The notes below the pieces were generated by a model, which ran no database searches, was not told the origin of the DNA, and saw only the letters and a program-made list of their open reading frames with translations. The position numbers and the translations under genes are program-made. Shown one piece after another: positions 40,497-53,450 of a stretch of 64,000 nt of DNA. The stretch spans positions 1,426,001 to 1,490,000 of the forward strand of contig NW_026782001.1 in assembly GCF_031769215.1 (NCBI RefSeq), written 5' to 3'. The stretch comes from Ylistrum balloti (Eukaryota). Position 1 is the first letter of the stretch. Every line of letters starts with the position of its first letter.

Positions 40497-43400
40497 CTAA
40501 GATAGTATATATATCATCCACATTAATACAGTTACATATGTAGGAACTATCAATCTAATATACCAATTAATCAAGAACCACATATCTGAAGCGATACTCT
40601 TACACCATGAACCATGTATCATGCCTACTTATTATCCTGTTATAATGTAATCAGAATCTGTAATCCAAACCGTACAGAGTCCGATTGCAGACAATGTACA
40701 CATGGTTTATATATAAACTTACATCTACATCTAAATGCGTGTTTGTACCAGGTGTGAAGTTGATAAAGGTCCATTTGTCGTAATATTTCATTTTATCTTA
40801 TTGTGCAGGTGACGTTAATGTTCCGATTTATAACTGATATTTCCCCTTGTCTTAAGTGTTAGGAAAGTATATCTCACATCAATCAATATTTGATACCCTT
40901 GTCAAGAGAACGTCAATTTACTATATTCAAGAAAAAATAGGTTCATATACTAGTTTTATGACATTTCCCTTACCGAATGTTTTCATACAGATTACACCGT
41001 TGTCCGATTTCATATCACAGCTTCCTACGATCAGGGATTGGCCATTAGTGGTAGCGCATCCATCTGCGTCACTGGTGCCCATCTCGTGAAGTGGCCTTCA
41101 CAGATTTAGCAAATTAAACAGATCATCAAAAGTATTTGGTAAAATTAAATATAAATTGAGAAACAAAATACGTTAATACCATCACGATCCACTATGTTTA
41201 CGACGCAGTGTTTGCTTTTGGTTTTGTGGTAACCGTGAGGCATGATTAATATTTACATTACTATTATTATTGTTATGGATAAGGTCCAACGACGGACAAT
41301 AATACCTTAAAATTCTTGTGAAATAGTTATAAGACAAATTCGACCCATAAAAAGGTCAGCATACTACCTTGGTGCAACACTCACATGAGGCTTGCATCAA
41401 ATAAGGAGCCATCAGGAAGGAGGTAGGCTGTATCACCAGTCTTACGTTTAACTCCTGCCCAGAAACTTGTAACTGACGACATCAGAAAATTCTCTTCTAT
41501 TCTAGTAGTGAGCCATTTCTGATGAAGATGGGATAAGCAACAAATCTTTAGTGTTTAGTCCATATCACACAACAGCCTGTGTTTGCTATAAGTGTAATCA
41601 TCGCAGCGGTTTCTTTTCTTTAAATACAAGTTAAATGTTGTAGAAAACATAACAGTACTATGTAACTATTGTAAAGTATGTTCAGTTGACATTAAAATAC
41701 AGGAAACTTACACCAGAGTGCCACAGTATCGTAATTATGTTTGCTAACTATAAAAACAGTTATGTTTTTGTGATATAGCAGGAATACGATATTGAAATGA
41801 CCATATGGTTCCAGATATTAGAAAATGTATTTATAAACACAACTATTCAGTCCAAAATTGAAAAAACGTATTCTTCGTTATAATGTTCTATTTAGTAGTT
41901 CAAGAATGAAATGAGAAATAATTCTGCTTAAATATGGTAAACCGAATATACTTCTTACAACATAGAGTTACGATCACACAGCTTTAGATCATACAATAAG
42001 TATACGGTAGAGTAAACCTTACCACTTCTTCAGAACTTTTAAACGATACTACGTTTCCACCATGGTTGGCACATAGATCTGTAGCTATGTCATAATCTAC
42101 AGATACGGACGGGAAAAACTGATAGCAGTTACCATTAGCGTAGTCCCAAGATGTTCCACAATCCCATTTCACGACTTCAAATAAAATTAGATCCGATCAG
42201 AGTAAAAGGAAGTGATAATAAGTATGGTATATACCAACCAAATAAAGAACAGTAATTTTTAAAAGTTTACATTACATTTAAAATGACAATTTGTAGATTG
42301 TTTTCAATTCTTTAAAATGTATCGGGACTTGACTAGGTCGATCGTCGGCAAACAGGTAGTAGCTAAAGTAATACAGTGTCTTTTGCTAGAGTTAGGAGCG
42401 TCTCGGGTTCGAACCCGGTCTAGCTATGCATTTTTCCGCTCCTGTTACAAAGTGTCATGGAAAATAATGGAAGAGTTGATCACGTCGTAAATTACTACCA
42501 TAAAAAGATACTCTTATACACCAGAAATGTTATCAAAAATAAATTAAAACCATATAACACTGAAGAAGTCAAATACCGCCCATGACATGAATCAGGGATA
42601 ACATGTTAATCAGTAAAGAAGAAGGGAATCGCTATCACGAGCTCCCATTTAAGTTACAAAGAAACCAAACAGAAAAGCGTCTCTTTCACACATGTGACAC
42701 TCAGAAAACCAGAAAGATAATGTAGGTTATAACGTAATGTCTAATTCAAGACAAGACAGTGTAATGCTGTGATTTTGTCACAAATCATTTAGTATTTGTG
42801 ATATGGATTTATATGTACTGACTGTGTTGATATCCCGGTACAGGTGTCTGACAGAATTCTCCCATGAAGCCGTCCGGACATAAACAAAAACACTTCCTGT
42901 CTGATGTGGCGCCAACTACTCCACCGTTTTCACAGCTTAGATTTTGAGACTCACACCTTTCTGGAAAAAACAAAAGGAACTAAGACTATGAATCATATAA
43001 ATTATCAAAAATAAAGAAAACGACTAGAATAATTTGATGATAATGAAAACAATACGAGCCATTAAAACTGCAAAGAATATAATAATATAGTTGATGTAAA
43101 CCACTCGATGAACACTGAACATATCATGTAAACATTTTTCTTGTCCTGGGCTTCATTGTGTGCAAAAAAGTACGATAAATGATGTGAAAGAATAAAAAAT
43201 ATTAGATAACATCCAGGACAATTTGATGACATTCTGTTTACGACTTATAGATCAATTGTTTTCAATTGTGGAGTGTTGTAGTTTTTCAAACAATAGAGTA
43301 TGTGCCTGTCTATCTATAAGGACATTTACGCCTAAACATCACAACTATGATGACCTACCTGTACATTTGTAAGCACGATTTACAAAGACGGCGTCATAGT

Positions 43401-46400
43401 AGCTGATCGTCTTGGCCTTACCTATAGGAATACACGCTTTAGTTCATGTTTCTATGACAAGGTCAACTGTAACAATATCCCCTGCGTAACGTACAAGGAT
43501 TACGTAAACACAGATGGAACAATATCATATCTTATATTGTATATCTTACAGAATCTTGTTATGAAAAATCTCCATTCATCTATCTTATAACAAACAGATA
43601 TCTATTCCAGGGCTAATTATTTTCACTTTCACTATTCGATCAGTCCGCATCAAGAATATCAAAACACAAGCACAAATTCATAAACAAATTTAATAAAATT
43701 CATTGTTTTATAGAACTTCCTAGATATCTAACTCGTCTTATCAAAAGTGTTTCTCTTTTTAATTCAGGGCAGTATATAAATTCATGTTATATAAATATTT
43801 TCTCAACTGAATACTGAAATTACTTGACTGGTGTAGACCTTAGGTAGTTTAAACGCCCCCTCTTACCTATGACAGACTGGTAGGCTGGGTCTGTTGTCAG
43901 CATGGCGGGCTTCCCATTAACAGACCAGTACTGCAAATAGCAATACCTCCATATCTACAAGTTCTTAGTAAACTGACGTAATGAGAGCTATTTTAACATA
44001 CTATAAGTCTATGAAGATATAAATATCAACATGTGCTTGTTTTTGTTTTCTTTATTAGATACGAAAACAAGGAAACATATATATATATATTACCTTAGGG
44101 AATGACTTTCTCTCGATCATCATACCCAGTAAATAAGTCTTAATGCATTTGCTTTTCAATTAACCTATATTAATCTGTAATACAGAGTGTGTAAGTATGT
44201 GAAGATATATACTTGTATGGAAAATATAAACAATATTTTGTAGTATTATAGATAAATGAGGTCCATGTTTCATTTCGTTAACAGCATAACATACAAGTTC
44301 AGAAATATTATACAGAGGTGTCTTAATCCACCAAAAACTTAAGTGTAGGAGTTACCTATGACGAGACTCATTAACCAATGTGAACTCACTTTTGGTCCAT
44401 AGTGCATAATACTTTTATAATCATAAGGCGTGCCATGATAGGGGTATGTTCGGCCCTTCATGGCGACCGTGTCGTAGTTCCAACGGGAGTCAGGATTGAT
44501 ATTCTCGTACTGGACTGTGATATACGTGTCTCTGTCATTCCGTTCCATTGTATGTAACATCCCTATAGCATGACCCAGCTCGTGAATAATCATGTCCATC
44601 TGTAGTATAGCACAGTAAGTACACAGATTCGGCTTAAATGGTTATTTGTGATACGTTCCTTCTACGATCAATATGATCCTAATGGAATCAACAAGATGCA
44701 CTTATGGAAAATACATAATGTAGTCCGTGGTACGATTTTATCGAGTGTTGTTTTTGTTGTTTTTAAACTGTTAATTAGGAAATTGAAAAGTTAAAAAATT
44801 GGGCAATTATCTTTATAATAAGCATAACACTCACTATCGTGTAGTGTATCATACAAGTTGACTACTTACACCCATGCAGTTGGCTCCTATAGAGATGGGC
44901 TGAGGCTGAAGAGGGAACATACCATATCGGGAAAAACATCTAAAAGATAAACAAGATAAGTAGGTGTATTGTAATACTTCATTAGAGGGTGTCTCTCTAT
45001 CAATTCCAATTGTACACCTGATCAGAAACGTTCGAACTCACGTTATGCCGTTGATAAACGTTAGGTAACGGGTTGCTCCCAACTGTTGTTGCATGTCACT
45101 AGTCCACGGTACAAATTTGATACATGTCTGTTGTTCCCAGCGAGCCATGCCAACTCGTATGCTGTTCCGCTGGTCATCAGCTACATTACATAAATGTGTT
45201 ATAAATTAGATAAAAACGATAATGACATATTGGTAATAAAATTAAATCTCGACAAAAAATAGACATTTTATTTATTTGATACAATAATTCAATGAAATCA
45301 TTAAGTTTGTTTCTCTGTGTCCCTCCTTATCTAATCTCCTTTCTTCCAGTAGGCAATCGTATGTCCTGTTTTTAACATTTATGATTCTTCGATAGTGGAC
45401 ACCAACATCTGTTTTAATCAACATTATTAGGAGAAAATAGTCGCCCGATAGATCATATTACTAAACAATGATTATCAGGTTATTGCACCTGTGTAACTGC
45501 AACTATTAGAATTAAGAAAATAAATAAATCTTACTATAAGTTGATGGAAAGGTATAAGGAATGACTCCGTCTGGCCAATATGACACGCCATCAGGACTGG
45601 CAACATCTTGTCGTCGGAATCTGGTTCTGGCATTCACCTGGTGCGAGTGGCATATGGTAGAAAAATGGTTTGAATGACAATGAAACCTACTGGGGAAAAT
45701 GACGAAAAGTATGCAGAAGGAATTACGTATACTGTAAACACATCTGGATATAGCAAGAATTTGATAGGAATCAATCCGCCTTTCCATTGGGAATAGACGC
45801 GCACAACGGCCAAGTCATGTTGGGTAAAAATGTCACAATTTGCTAAAGTCATTTTCGACATATAGTTCTCGAGTCATTGTAGGCGGATGCACCTATATAT
45901 TGTTTAGAGACAACTTCCTATATCATGAGACCAGAAAATGGTGGGGAAAGCCATCAGGATAATTGGTTTGAAGTTTACTCAACACCCCTCGAAAAGTTTT
46001 AAAATGTCACCCACGAATGGCGATATCGCTGTTCACATCACATGGAAGTTATACTCTCATTTTCTTGGGGGATAGTACACTGTTATTCTGAGAAAAAGTT
46101 ACAACCCGCCATAGGATTGTGTTATGGCTTCAAGTTGAGAAGTCATATCAAGACACACTTCATAGGTCATTTATGATGGTAAGATAGAGTCAATTCACCA
46201 AAACAGTTTACAGTAGTTTATGAATGGAAAATGGGCGAGAGAAAAACAAAATCACATCTTTGTGATGAAGACTTTAACCCTAGGGATAACATAATATTTG
46301 TTTTGCTTTCTACGTAACTCCATGCTATATACATGTTTATAGAAGTTTTGTAATAATACTATTTCCATTAGACAGAAGTAAAGTTTATGCAAAACGATTT

Positions 46401-46757
46401 TAACCACTTAACACTGATTTTAATCTTGTTTCAAGTTATAGAGATGACCAACTGTTATTTTCTGCATTCGAACATATGATCCTATCGCAATATATATAAT
46501 AGATCTACCTAGAAAACATTGTTTCGTTTGAGCATATGGTGATATGATCATGGTGTTATATAATCTACAATCATATAGAGACAGCAATAAACATGTTATT
46601 TCATTATCTGGTGATGTGATAAATCAGCCATAATTTCAGGAAATGGTTATTATAAAATGGTTACCTGCTGAACTCCACTTCCCACCAAAACCGCTAGCAC
46701 CAGTCGAGCCACAAATCCAGTCCCTAATGGCGTCGCGTTCTTACACTGCGACATCAT
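39487..46757 (-). CDS. Astacin (M12A) zinc metalloprotease with EGF, C-type lectin and CUB domains and a probable GPI signal, 609 aa, 14 exons
   Basis: Minus-strand exons 46757-46665, 45637-45535, 45180-45042, 44939-44870, 44599-44390, 43930-43867, 43421-43359, 42960-42823, 42174-42023, 41518-41385, 41095-40974, 40496-40387, 40187-40066, 39796-39487. All are GT-AG and in phase (1830 nt). Motifs: RFRR|..YWPDGVIPY, TCIKF, HELGHAIGMLH..RNDRD, SIMHYG Met-turn, EGF CENGG..CLCPDGFMGEFC, CTL CYQF..C..HGGNVVS..FWAG, CUB CGG..SPGFPDGYP..C..DYL. Confidence 0.92.
40974..42174 (-). CDS. C-type lectin-like domain exons (part of the astacin gene)
   Basis: Three exons read WDCGTSWDYANGNCYQFF...CANHGGNVVSFKSSEEV / KWLTTRIEE...FWAGVKRK...LPDGS / ...DGCATTNGQSLIVGSCDMKSDNGVICMK. 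Confidence 0.85.
42355..42450 (+). mobile_element. tRNA-derived SINE remnant in an astacin intron
   Basis: Decayed A-box (GGTAGTAGCTAAAGT), B-box GGGTTCGAACCCGG and tail TTTTTCCGCTCCTGTTACA. It does not fold as an intact tRNA. Confidence 0.7.
43359..45637 (-). CDS. Astacin catalytic domain exons (part of the astacin gene)
   Basis: Zn motif HELGHAIGMLH and Met-turn SIMHY lie in exon 44599-44390. The four canonical Cys are present (TCIKF, CFSRYG, GANC, YKC). Confidence 0.95.
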
Positions 46758-47399
46758 TTTTGTCCATTTCCCTAACGCAAATATAAATACCTGACGCTAA
46801 ATATAGCCACCGTTATCGTGTTAAAGCAAACATTTTACAATCTGATATGAAAAGTATATAATATGGAAATTAAAGTAAATATTATACAGGTGATCTGTCA
46901 ACTTTACACATCTGTATCGTTCATTAAATACTTGCACACTAAAGGTAGGAGTAATTTATCAGACGAGAGTTAGAAATGACTGATCTAGCGCATAAATAGA
47001 TATTTAGTTGCATGACATTTAGATTTCAGTTTAAAATTGTTAATTCCGGCGTCACGTGATAGGTAAACGTGGAATGCGCATAGGTAAGAGAGTTTTTTTA
47101 TAGACAATGTAAGGTAATTAAGACATCTACTTCATATCATGATTTACTACTTCCGGTTTTAACTTCTTGGAAACATTAGAACAATATGAATACGATCATT
47201 TGTGGTTTATCAGCTACATACTTGATAACACGAATTTATCTGTTTGAGCTATAAAAATGCGTCCTTCACAATCGCTAATGACGTAATAAATCAGTATCCG
47301 GGAGTAAATACATAACTTGTATCACGGAGAAATTTTACGGATGTTTTAATGATTTCCCTTTGGGATATGAAGATGGGTGTGCTTGATGCTCGTCAGCGT

Positions 47400-47700
47400 A
47401 CCCTCTGGTTCATCTGGGAACGTTACATCACTTACTGTGATTTACCAAAATTCACATGGCGGATGTCGCCGATGAAGCAGAAGACGTTTACTCTTCCGGA
47501 ACACTTTGTCCAGGTCTAATCCTCCTGCTCTTTTTCAGTTTCCACGTGAACCCATCCTGTGCTCATATTTTGCCTTAGTTTCGATGACCTTGAGTTGGAA
47601 TTTAGACTGTCGGTACTAAATGTTCTTTGGAAATCTTTCGTCATTGATGATTTATCAATTTTTTGTTAAAATTTAGGTTTTGACCTTTATTTTGGTTTTC
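47400..47700 (+). mobile_element. 3' fragment of a Penelope-like retroelement family
   Basis: Shares the exact 14-mer ACATGGCGGATGTC (47454-47467) with the 3' end of the RT fragment at 62561-62574, followed by TTTACTCTTCCGGAACAC. Family assignment is from recalled similarity. Confidence 0.5.
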
Positions 47701-50700
47701 CCCTTTCGTGTGTTAGATTTCAATCAAGCAGGTCCTTACCACAACTGGCGAGTACTATATAAATTGTGTGATTTGGTCAAATTCCTCGTTTATCTAATCT
47801 GGTTTGAAATGGTTTTACCATCCAATAAACTTTAATTAACTATGTATCAACACTTCGTTACATGCTGAGGTGTGCTAATTCTAAACAATAGAAATCGCTA
47901 AACCGTAATTCCCTAATAGAATGTTAAATTGGGAAATATAGATACTACGCTCATATACGATTCTACACAGATAAGGAGTGTTCTATATTCCAAAAAGCCG
48001 TATACATTTATTAATTTGTAAAGGATATTTGTAATATACAAGACAGTTTACAGTAAGGCTGGGAGCTGTCTTTATACGTAAATGTGAGATAGGGAAGTAC
48101 AGAATTGTTACATAATATTTCTTAAAACCGACAATTCATCACGATAAGGTGTTATCATCATGTCTTCCTTATGTCAATATCAATTTACATTGATGCGACT
48201 TTTTTCTGAATTTCGCGGAAAATGTCAAGATGAGTGGAAGAAGATAAAAAGATTTCTGAGCGACATAGTAAACATTATAGGATACGTGATACTTGTATCG
48301 ACTTATCTTCATCATATGGTGTCTATCCGTTACAACAAATGTATGACTCCAGTAATGTACTTAACATTGTACAGAACAAAATTCATAAACAGAGTTTTGG
48401 TAATAATGTTCCCATCTGACCTTTTCAAATCCAATATATGAATAATTGAAAATGGCAAATTAGTCAAGGATAACTCTGATGTTGAGTTTGTTGACATTAT
48501 ACCGTTACTCAAAGACTACTATTGACATATCTTCTAAATCAATTATAATTGGTCAAGGAAATATAAATAAAGCACCTGTACTACAATACCGAGCTATTCT
48601 CCAGAACACAAAAAAGTTTTGTTAATAGATATTATACAAAGTAAATAAATTTTCCTTTGCCCTGATTTCCACTTCCGGTTTTGTTAACCTATCGTACTGA
48701 TCTTAATACCTCTGTGTAGGTATAATGAGACAGTTTATTTACATGATCAACTATATGACCTAACAGGATGCCCTCTACATATATCTATCCTGAACGTTCA
48801 TTCAACCACCTGGCGGTGTAATGGTTTCATGTAAATCAATTATATCGATTTGAAAACATGTCTGTCACTTGGTCATCGGTCCATATATACCTCGTTGGTA
48901 AATTGTCGGACAATAAGCACATCTATTGTACACTTTGACTATAAATCTATCTGTGGTATCTAAGGATCTATCGTTATGACCAATATACAGATAAAATATT
49001 GATGAAGACAATTTTTTCATCAATGCATTTCTTTTAATATTTCATACATTTCCCAGTGTTATTGCTTATCTTTTTTCAATAAAGTGTAAGATTTATGTCA
49101 TGAACCAAATTCATTAATATGTATAATTAATAGTGTAATTTTGAGAATGGCTGGGTTTCATATAGTTATATCGATGAGGCGGATATTTAGTGACCGACTA
49201 CATGATGAGTCGGTCACAAGATGGAATGAAAGACAGGCTTATTGATATCTAACATTCTGCTGTCCACCATCAGACTCATCTTATCACAGACAGGACTCTC
49301 AACAATAAATCTCAACCATTTGTCCTATTACCTTATGCAAGAAACAAGTTTTTTTTTGCAACATTGAATAATAATAAAATCATTACAAAGCCTCATCGAG
49401 GCAACCTTGACCGATTTACAGATGTTAAGACAAGCAGAACGTTAAAATATTTGTACTTACCATACCGTCTATGCAAAGTCCAGAGCTACGGTACACGAGC
49501 CAAACGATTCTGACACAATCTTCTGTCGTTTGTTACTGATCAATATCTCTACGATTCAGCTTCGAACTGACTTGGTGTCCATTTCTATTTGTTGATTGTT
49601 TCCGGAATTGTATTTGGCGTGTTCTTGACATAATATAATTAGATTTTCCTGCGATAAAATAAGTGTAACGCGCATCCTTCATTGTTCGTAGTCAATATTC
49701 ACGTCTCCTTATTTCTGTGTATTGGGGATTAACTCCGTCCTTCTCGTAATAAGTAACCACCAGACAATTACTGTAATCGAATTACGACGATCGGTACAGC
49801 TTAATTTGTACGTTCTCAAGTATGGTCCCAGACGGTGTCGCATTGTTCTTCAGAATACTCTCCAAGACTTAGAGCTCGTGTCAGTGGACACTCTATTCTG
49901 AGACAGTCAAGGATTAGTATATTACTAGGTGGAGAATATGTTCTAAGACGAGAATTCATTTGTAACTAAAATTACAGTACTAGTAGACTATTAGCAAAAA
50001 GTGTTAATGGAGAATTCAAAATGGTCATTTGTTCAGTAATGTTTTAGATCAGTTTAATACCAATTAATGCCGTAGAGGTACATATGTTCGAGAATTTCTG
50101 TATTTCGGTATTTTCGTAGATAAAACCAGAAGTCCCGGCAAGAAAAATGCATCCATTGTGTTTCAAACGTTTGGTAAAACAGCGGAAATTTCTACCATGG
50201 AAAAATTGTATTGAGTATGGAAATAACAACATAAAATGTACGTATACAGTATATATCTATTTATGTCATATAAGCCATATTTTATACAAAATACGACAGA
50301 CAATAAGTAAAAAACGACATATATTGAACACTATAACAGTTAACAACGAACCAGTAAAATGTATTAAACAGAATTACAAAACTAGTTACACAGTATTGCA
50401 AACATGGCTGTGCAAGTATATACACTGCAACTAAAAAAAGTACACGTGTACCATAAATAACATTGACTTAAATGGAAATGTGTTTTTCTAAATATTTGTT
50501 GTGATATATTGCTACATACGTGGTACCGAGGACTGAGGTATGCCATTATCAGATAGCGGAGCAATGGGGTTTCTACAGTAACGTGTCAACCATAGATAGC
50601 AAAGGCCAACGGGGTCATTCATTCAGTGATAAAACGCGGATGTGTTTGTAAAAACAAAATGTGTATGATGAATTAGGTTACTGTCTAATACAGGCACATG

Positions 50701-51240
50701 GATCTTTCGAAATCAACAGGAACGTCAGCCTTAGGGATGGATAAAATTCAGGTAAGAACACGTATCACCTTAATGTACTATCTAGAAAGAAAACATTGTT
50801 GAAGTTTAAAACTGTGTTCATCATATATCTACATAATATATTAAACACATATCAAAGGGAGGCGACAGACGACGATTGATGGTCCAGCCGCCATTAGCCT
50901 GGTGGTGTTTATCCTATGAGTCAGTGTTTGATATGCTCTCATTATATCAGTTCTATGATAGCAAAACATGCTAGTGACTAGATTACCGAGAATGAAACGT
51001 ATTTACGATGATGTAACCTAGACAAGTGTCTGCTACAATTATATCGGGACTTTTAAGATTGCCTTCCGGCAAACAAATGACGATACCAATAAAGGACAAT
51101 GTCTAGTTGAACTCTTATTACGAGGAGAAAATAAATACAAGTTTTGTGTATAGCAAACACTGATGTTGTGATATTCTGACGTAAGCGACTTGTGTAAGGA
51201 CTAAATTTGTCATCCGTAACAGCAAGAAGGAAACCGGCTC

Positions 51241-52242
51241 GATATCAGTGGTTAGGTCAATACAGGGCCAGTTATTTGTAGTGAAAGGGACACAGGTTTT
51301 AATATATGTGGTTAGGTAGATACAGAGTCAGTTTTCTGTAGTAAAAGGGACACAGGTTGTTGATATTTGTAGTTAGGTTGATACAGGGCCAGTTATCTGT
51401 AGTGAAAGGGACACAGGTTGTTGATATTTGTAGTTAGGTTGATACAGGACCAGTTATCTGTAGTGAAAGGGACACATGTTTTGATATCCATGGTTAGGTA
51501 GATACAGGGCCAGTTATCTGTAGTGAAAGGGACACAGGTTATGATATCTGTGGCTAGGTACATACAGGGCCAGTTATCTGTAGTGAAAGGGAAACAGGTT
51601 ATGATATCTGTGGCTAGGTACATACAGGGCCAGTTATCTGTAGTGAAAGGGACACAGGTTATGATATCTGTGGCTAGGTACATACAGGGCCAGTTATCTG
51701 TAGTGAAAGGGAAACAGGTTTTGATATCTGTGGCTAGGTACATACAGGGCCAGTTATCTGTAGTGAAAGGGACACAGGTTATGATATCTGTGGCTAGGTA
51801 CATACAGGGTCAGTTATCTGTAGTGAAAGGGACACAGGTTATGATATCTGTGGCTAGGTACATACAGGGCCAGTTATCTGTAGTGAAAGGGACACAGGTT
51901 ATGATATCTGTGGCTAGGTACATACAGGGCCAGTTATCTGTAGTGAAAGCGACACAGGTTATGATATCTGTGGCTAGGTACATACAGGGCCAGTTATCTG
52001 TAGTGAAAGGGACACAGGTTATATCTGTGGCTAGGTACATACAGGGCCAGTTATCTGTAGTGAAAGCGACACAGGTTTTGATATCTGTGGCTAGGTACAT
52101 ACAGGGCCAGTTATCTGTAGTGAAAGCGACACAGGTTATGATATCTGTGGCTAGGTACATACAGGGCCAGTTATCTGTAGTGAAAGGGACACAGGTTATG
52201 ATATCTGTGGCTAGGTACATACAGGGCCAGTTATCTGTAGTG
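51241..52242. repeat. 60-bp minisatellite, about 16.7 copies (dimer of diverged 30-mers)
   Basis: Unit ATGATATCTGTGGCTAGGTACATACAGGGCCAGTTATCTGTAGTGAAAGGGACACAGGTT. Both halves contain TATCTGTRG. It produces the repetitive ORFs in the track. Confidence 0.97.
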
Positions 52243-53450
52243 ATAGTAAAACAGACTCTGTAGTATGAGGCAAGAATATTGTAAGCATTATTATCTTTGG
52301 GGAAGTAATAATTTCCCTTTCATCTGTGGTGAGGGTGATTCTGGCCCTGTTACACAAATGAGTAATATTGGGGATGTTAACTGTGTCAAGCGTGATGCAG
52401 GACATGTTTTCTGTGGTAAGAGTGATTCTGGTTCTGTTTTCTGTGGTAAGATTGACTCTGGTATGGCTTTCTGTGGTAAGAGTACTCTAGTTCTGTTTTC
52501 TGTGGTAAGAGTGACTCTGTGTCTGTTTTCTGTGCTAAAAGTGACTCTGTGTCTGTATTCTGTGATAAGAGTAATATTTGGCCTGTTGGGGCTGACATCA
52601 GTGGTGAGTGGTTCTGTGCTTGTTATCTGTGGTGAGAATAACATTGTTGCTGACATCAGTGGTGAATGGTTCAGAGCCTATTATCTGTGGTGAAAGCACC
52701 ATTGGGGCTGACATCAGTGTTGAGTGGTACAGAGCTGTTATCTTTGGCGAGAGTAACATAGGGGCTGATCTCAGTGGTGAGTCGTATAGAGCCTGTTATC
52801 TGTTGTGGAAGCACCAATGTGGCTGCCATCAGTGGTGAGTAGTATAGAACTTGTTATCTGTGATGAGAGTAACATTATGGCTGTCATCAGTGGTGAGTGG
52901 TATAGATGCTGTTATCTGTGGTGATTGTAACATCGGGGCTGACATCAATAGTAAGTGGTTCAGGGCATGTTATCTGTGATGAGAGTAACATTTGGGCTAT
53001 CATCAGTGGTGAGCGGTATAGAGCCAGTTATCTGTGATGAGAATACCATTGGGACTGACATCAATGGTGAGTGGTACAGGGCATGTTATCCTGTTATCCA
53101 TGGTGCGAGTGATACATATTGTTATCAGTGGTGAGTAAAATGCAATGTTTGTTTCAAATGAGAGATGGCTGCAAAAGTTGTTGTCAGTGAGAAAAGGGAT
53201 ACACAGACTGTTGTCGGTGGTCAGGAGGTACCGACTGCTATCAATGGTCAGAGAGATACAGGCTGGTTCCAGTGGTCAGTGGAATATAGACTGTTGTCTT
53301 AGGTCATGGGAATACAGGTTCATCGTTGAAAAGAAAATTGGTGGTGGTGGAGGTAGAGACTATTATCAATGGGCAGCGGGATATGGAATGTCATCTTTAA
53401 TCAAATCGATACAGGATATTATCAGTATAGCCAGGTGAGAGAAGGGATGT
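52243..53450. repeat. Related degenerate minisatellite blocks (30-bp then 58-bp period)
   Basis: TTCTGTGGTAAGAGTGACTCTG units at about 52400-52570. GCTGACATCAGTGGTGAG recurs at 52591, 52649, 52707, 52764, 52822, 52880, 52938, 52996 (about 58-bp period) and decays towards 53450. Confidence 0.85.

Noticed and set aside
42355-42450. tRNA gene
   Set aside because: Only the B-box is intact, with no acceptor stem or cloverleaf. It is interpreted as a SINE remnant.
45634-45861. 76-aa minus ORF as the astacin pro-peptide
   Set aside because: It is out of frame with the mature domain, lacks an FxGD motif and has no compatible phase-0 splice sites.
49440-49900. GC-richer segment possibly from a decayed transposase
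   Set aside because: All frames have stops and no recognisable motif, so it cannot be assigned without a database search.
51393-52693. Long repetitive ORFs (246 aa plus strand, 136 aa minus strand) and a possible mucin-like TTD-repeat exon
   Set aside because: They arise from a 60-bp repeat that is open on both strands. The minus frame has an in-array TGA (about 51806) and a frameshift near 52250, and the adjacent related block has a 58-bp period that cannot keep frame. No splice partners were found.
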